Shown one piece after another: positions 58,126-64,000 of a DNA stretch of 64,000 nucleotides (the stretch's first letter is position 1; each line of letters starts with the position of its first letter). The DNA comes from Eledone cirrhosa (Eukaryota). The notes beneath the pieces were generated by a model, which searched no databases, was not told where the DNA came from, and saw only the letters and a program-made list of their open reading frames with translations. Made by a program: the position numbers and the translations under genes. The stretch is from positions 29,760,001 through 29,824,000 of the forward strand of contig OZ024756.1 in the NCBI GenBank assembly GCA_964016885.1, written 5' to 3'.

Positions 58126-58666
58126 GTAAATAGTTAAGGTTTTTTGTTGTTTTTCCTATTTTTTTGTTTATTTTATCGTGGCTTCGACTGAGCGACTCTC
58201 GCTACTCTTAACCAACCTCTCACTCAAACTCTCGGTTAATTTATCCATCATGTGAAAATGGAAAACAAGAAAACCAGAAATAACCATGACAATAGATGCA
58301 CTTGAAATGAACTGAGGACAATTATATAACATCACAAAACAACAGCCAGCAACAACAACAAGAACAAAAAAAACAAACAAATAAATACCCCCCTCCACAC
58401 CCCTAAACATTTTTTTTCAGAAACACAGCGTAGAGAAAATAGCACGAAATACTGATTACATATGTTCGATTCTTCACGTTCGGACCATATCATTGTGGTT
58501 CTGTTCATTATCTATAGAGTTTCTTTTATTTTACAACAAACTACATTATAAACAAGCCACACTACCAGCACCACCACATTCCTGTGGCCATTTCACCTGT
58601 TAGAAATAGCAACCACATCACACTTCTACTGTCTTTAAAATAGAACAAAGAAGGACGCATAATAAT

Positions 58667-58851
58667 TGTTTCTACTTTGGCACAAGGCCAGCAATTATCC
58701 CAGTGTATTACTGGTGCTTTATTTTATCGACCCCGTAAGGATGAAAGGCAAAGTTAACCTCGGCGGCATTTGAACTCAGAAAGTAAAGGGCCATAACTCT
58801 ATGCTGCAAAGCATGTTGTCTGACGCTCTACCGATACTGCCAATCCACCTC
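58667..58851 (-). mobile_element. SINE family A with 15-bp TSD
   Basis: AGGACGCATAATAAT at 58652-58666 and 58852-58866. Confidence 0.9.
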
Positions 58852-59306
58852 AGGACGCATAATAATATAGTCGTAGATACAGAGTTTGAAAAACAAAACA
58901 AAAACACAGGATGGTCATGGTTAGAAGGACTGTGATCCAATCGTTTGGTTAAATAACAACTTCTGCCACGTGAGTACATTGAGTAAAAGAGAGTACAATA
59001 CCGTACAATAGAGTACAATGGAAGACCTGACGACCGTGAGATAAGTTGACGCAGTGAAAGCCTAAAAATAAGACTAAAATAATAATTCTTTTACGAGGTG
59101 TTAAGTTTAGAACGGAAATTGAAAATGAAAGCAAAAAGATTAGAAACAAAGGAACGAAAGAAAAAACCAGGAGGAATAATAAAAAGTTATTATAAGATAT
59201 TACTTGAGAAATGTACTAAACATGAAAAAAAGCTCTGTTATATTGAAGAATAGTAAATATAATATTAATACAGGCGAAGGGTGATGAGTACGTGCCTGGC
59301 TGTAAG

Positions 59307-59374
<68 letters not shown>

Positions 59375-59406
59375 TATATATATATGTATACATATATGTG
59401 TATGTA

Positions 59407-59487
<81 letters not shown>

Positions 59488-59572
59488 AATATATGTAATT
59501 ACAACAGTGACATTATTTATACCAAACTCGTCCTATGGACTGAGTGCTCATACCCTTGGATGTTTTACGACA

Positions 59573-59719
<147 letters not shown>

Positions 59720-59729
59720 ATCTATCTAT

Positions 59730-59983
59730 CTAAGGCGGGTAAAATTCCCGAGATCCATGGACGAGTTCTCTCCAGCGGTCTCTGTCCCTCATTATCGCTG
59801 CCATGTCCTGCGTCTCCAACAGACCAGTGTCTGTCCTTAGGGCATCAACATATGTTAACCTTGGTCTTCCTCTTCCAGTGTGTCCATGTAGGGGCTCCCA
59901 AAGGAGCACGGAGTGCAATGTCAACTCTGGATGTCGGTGAGCATGTCCAGCCAACCTCAGTCTCCTCTGTGTCACTTTTGAGC

Positions 59984-59985
<2 letters not shown>
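59730..59985 (-). pseudogene. RTE-clade LINE C-terminal fragment
   Basis: [12 protein letters not shown]...VLLWEP.HG...[10 protein letters not shown]...DRDRWR, followed by a short (AGAT)n tail. Confidence 0.85.
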
Positions 59986-60043
<58 letters not shown>

Positions 60044-60187
60044 GCATACACACACATATATATATATGTAATAAATACAATTGTGTAAACATAATGTCTG
60101 GTCGAACAAATTGTCAAACTTCACTTTAGCGGGATTTGAACTCAGAACACAAATGCGTATGGTATTAATATTTTGTCCAACAGAAGG

Positions 60188-60995
60188 GTGGTGGGTTGGC
60201 AGTATCGGTAGACGGTCTGACGCCATGCTTTGTAACATAGAGTTACGGTCCTTTATGATCTGAGTTCAAATCCCGCCGAGGTTAACTTTGCCTTTCATCC
60301 TTATGGGGGGTCGATAAAATAAAGTACCAGTCACGCACAAACATTAACAATGAGGGCACTATGGACAGTGAACTGCAATGTAGAATGGGAAAGGCTTCAG
60401 CAGCATTTAACCAGCTTGACAAGATCTGGAAGAGCAGGAAGTTCACCCTCAAAACAAAGATGAGATTCTGTCCACACTCTTGTACGGAAGTGAAACATGG
60501 CACCTTAAGACCAGCCAAGAGAAGAAGTTGGACGCATTCGATTCCAGATGTCTGCGAAAGATTCTGGTGATTAAATGGAGTGACCATGTAAGAAACCAGG
60601 AAGCCAGGAACCGCACCAACCAGCAGCTAGTCTCTTCTGCCATCTGCAAGCGACGCCTGGGCTGGTTTGGACACGCTTTGAGACTTCCCCCCCCCCCCGG
60701 AGAGACTGGCGAACCAAGTACTTAAATAGAGCTCGCAGGGAAGCAGACGGAGAGGGCGACCCAATATGAACTGGCGCCAGACAGTTGAGAGGGACCTGCG
60801 AGCGACAAACAGACAATAGCGGGACGCTGTGCAACTGGCTGCTGACCGAACGCTATGGAACACTATGATAGCCTCATGCGTCGCAAGACGCGGGAGTTTC
60901 TGAGTCTGAGTCTGAGTCTGAGTCATGCACTGATGTCGATTTAATCGACTCTCCCCTATCCCAAAATTGCTGGCCTTCTCCCTATATAAGAAACC
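60188..60995 (+). mobile_element. SINE (60188-60338 + 60931-60995) split by an RTE insertion
   Basis: SINE core ends at AAGTACCAGTC and resumes after the RTE tail. Confidence 0.75.
60339..60924 (+). pseudogene. 5'-truncated RTE-clade LINE with (TGAGTC)n tail
   Basis: RMGKASAAFNQL.KIW, LLYGSETW, CLRKIL, RRLGWFGH, RGRP, DRTLW; frameshifts; TSD-like AGTCA(C/T)GCAC. Confidence 0.9.
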
Positions 60996-61340
60996 AATAT
61001 TTTGTCCAATACTATAACGATTGTACCGATAAAGCACTTTTTATATCGAAATCGGAACAATCCATCCCAGGGGCAGCTGATGAGGGTATTCATATTTTGT
61101 CCAACTCTATAACGATTCCACAACCTTTATCCATTGTTATATCTGTTCTAATAATCCCAACAGAGTTACTGCAAAAATAGCTACGGGGTTCCGATACGGC
61201 CATTTTATATCGAAATCGCAACAATCCATCCCAGTGGCAGCTGATGAGGGAAATCAATATATTTCATGTCTATTGTGCTTCATCTCTTTGTATTCTCTTT
61301 GAGTTTTTTTCTTTGTTCTTGTATTTGTGTAATTCTTTCT
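60995..61340 (+). mobile_element. Tandem partial pLTR-like repeat (family L)
   Basis: TTTTATATCGAAATCG..CAATCCATCCCAG.GGCAG-CTGATGA-GGG occurs twice, 164 bp apart. Confidence 0.5.
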
Positions 61341-61410
61341 TTCTTTCTTGTCATATGCATATATGTACGCAACGGAACTTAATACACGGTTGTTACATTA
61401 TATATATATA

Positions 61411-61464
<54 letters not shown>

Positions 61465-61467
61465 TGC

Positions 61468-61540
<73 letters not shown>

Positions 61541-62043
61541 TGCATATATATATATATGTGTGTGCATATCAACAAGCATAAGTGTGTATATCTGCATGCG
61601 TTTGTGTGTACTGTATATGCATATGTTTACATGCGTGTAAATATGTCTACACGCATGTCCACGCGTGTACACACGTGAACACACACACGTACACACACAC
61701 ACACACACACGTGTATGTGTGTGTGCGTACGTTTACAGAGATAAAACAAATTATGCGGTTTATCGATTCGGAAAGAAAAACAAAAACGCAAAGAAAACAT
61801 CAACAGCAAAAAAAAAAAAAAATAAGAACAACTAAAGAAAAATATTAGAATAATGGCTGACGTAGTTATTAAATATGCATGTTCGTGTCCTTGGTAACCA
61901 CCAACTCTCCCTCTCTCTCACCCCTCTCACTCTCTCTCATCCTCTCTCCCTTGTTGCTAAATGGCCTTTCTCAACTGCTCGTCTTTTTATTTATATATAT
62001 ATATGTACGTTGTTTTATTCATTTGTTTATATATAATACACAT

Positions 62044-62092
<49 letters not shown>

Positions 62093-62131
62093 CATATATA
62101 CACACATACTTACACACATATATATATACAT

Positions 62132-62230
<99 letters not shown>

Positions 62231-62414
62231 CATATATATATACATACACAAATACATATATATATACATACACATACACATATATACATGCACACACACA
62301 CACATATACATACATACATACATACATACATACACACGCATACACACGCACACACACACATATATATATATATATACATACATACACATACATACATACA
62401 TACACATACACATA

Positions 62415-62452
<38 letters not shown>

Positions 62453-62580
62453 CATACACACATATCGACATACATACATAAATGCATACATCCATACATG
62501 CACACACGCACACAGATATATATATATATACATACACACATATATATAAATACATACATACACTCACTTATATATACATA

Positions 62581-62965
62581 CATAGGGCCGACATGCAGGG
62601 GTCAATGCAAAGTCACAGTCAGTGAGGGTTTACAATAAGATCGAGTAAAAATGTACAAGAACACCAATTTAACAACGAAAAAAATATATAAAAAATAAAC
62701 TATGTATAAAAATAACAAAATAAATTCCCCAATATTGAGCGACCCAAGGGTGACTCAGGTACCCCACCAATCGTGAACCATCCGACGCTTCTAGGGCACC
62801 CGTGGAGGGCACCCCTATCCTTAAATTAACCAGCCTACAGGCGCATGGTCAGAGTAGGCCCACTCACATGAGCCATTCTCGTCACATTCATCCGCCTTTT
62901 AGCAAATGTACTGGGGGGGGGGGGGGGGGCAGCACCTCTCTCTCCACCCCCACCTTCCTTTCCAA
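62581..62965 (-). mobile_element. 3' end of a diverged Tx1/L1 subfamily
   Basis: Minus strand encodes KRRMNVTRMAHVSGPTLTMRL*, similar to KRWVNVTKMARVVGPSLYISL* at ~52880-52947; similar 3' UTR. Confidence 0.7.
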
Positions 62966-62966
62966 A

Positions 62967-63330
62967 ATAATTGTTTCTACTTTTGGCACAAGGCCAGCAA
63001 TTAAACCAGTGCATTACTGGTACATTATTTTATCGACCCCGTAAGAGTGAAAGGCAAAACTAACCTCACATCATAAAGGGCCGTAACTCTATGCTGCAAA
63101 GCAAAGTGTCTGGCGCTCTATCGGTACTGCCAGTCCACTGATAATTGTTTCGACTTTTGGCACAAGACCAGCAATTACCCAGTGTATTACTGGTACTTTA
63201 TTTTATCGACCCTGTAAAGATGAAAGGCAAAGTTAAGCTCAGCGGAATTTGAACTCAGACCGTAAAGGGTCGTAACTCAATGCCCTTAAAGCATGTTGTC
63301 CGACTCACTACCGATACTGTCAATCCACCA
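62967..63330 (-). mobile_element. Two tandem SINE family A copies
   Basis: 62967-63140 and 63142-63330. Confidence 0.85.
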
Positions 63331-63430
63331 ATAATGATTTATTTTATTGACAACAAGAACGCAATAGACTGTGGATAATACAAGGACAAAACAACAACAA
63401 CAATACCATCAATGATAACAACAACAACAA

Positions 63431-63464
<34 letters not shown>

Positions 63465-63487
63465 ACCAACAATGATAACAACAACAA

Positions 63488-63560
<73 letters not shown>

Positions 63561-63628
63561 ACCAAGAATGATAGCTGTGATAATCGTTCTTAATAGATCT
63601 TGTCGAACTTGTTTGTATGTTACAGGTC

Positions 63629-63733
<105 letters not shown>

Positions 63734-63736
63734 ATA

Positions 63737-63845
63737 GGCCTTCTCTGTATATAAACCTGTAGGTTGAGGAAGATGAACAGAGGGAAGACAGGAACACCTA
63801 CAAAACACCTGGCGTTGAGGATTGTTCTACCCGCGGGGTGTAAAA
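63737..63845 (+). mobile_element. Tx1/L1 fragment (ORF end and start of 3' UTR) after (TATC)n
   Basis: GGCCTTCTCTGTATATAAACCTGTAGGTTGAGGAA matches 52922-52956. Confidence 0.7.
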
Positions 63846-64000
63846 CAACGCTGCAAAATTATATTAAGGATGTCATATCTGAAAATATCAGAATCATGCT
63901 CAAAGATTGCAAGTAGCGAATCCGAGCATTTATATTAAATCAAAAGTAGGAAGATATATATATATTTCTTTGTTTATTTTTTATATATGAATATTGATTG

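Overview
Eukaryotic, very AT-rich and microsatellite-saturated sequence, probably intronic or intergenic. The repeat types resemble an octopus/cephalopod genome (inference from recalled SINE motifs, not searched). No intact host gene is recognisable, and nearly all listed ORFs are translations of simple repeats. Recognisable content: (1) a 5'-truncated, disabled L1/Tx1-clade LINE (50.9-53.2 kb) plus three related 3' fragments; (2) several RTE-clade fragments and internally deleted RTE derivatives ending in a C2H2 finger; (3) about 20 copies of one tRNA-derived SINE, plus other SINEs; (4) a CAGGG-ended MITE; (5) two weak candidate minus-strand exons. The main hidden signal is a set of at least 10 unrelated short families inserted in (TA)n tracts. 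They mostly form fold-back inverted repeats and carry type I hammerhead ribozyme motifs (CTGAnGA / stem II / GAAA / short stem III with a palindromic loop / NUH / stem I). About 20 complete or decayed hammerheads were traced by hand. This fits truncated Penelope-like element pLTRs or retrozyme-like derivatives. Beyond that known picture, I see family-specific palindromic loop-III sequences, fold-back apexes that coincide with the ribozyme, recurrent non-canonical 10.1-11.1 pairs, and a YGAGTRC motif shared near the 3' ends of otherwise unrelated families. Family letters are my own labels. All coordinates and pairings were read by eye and may be off by a few nt.
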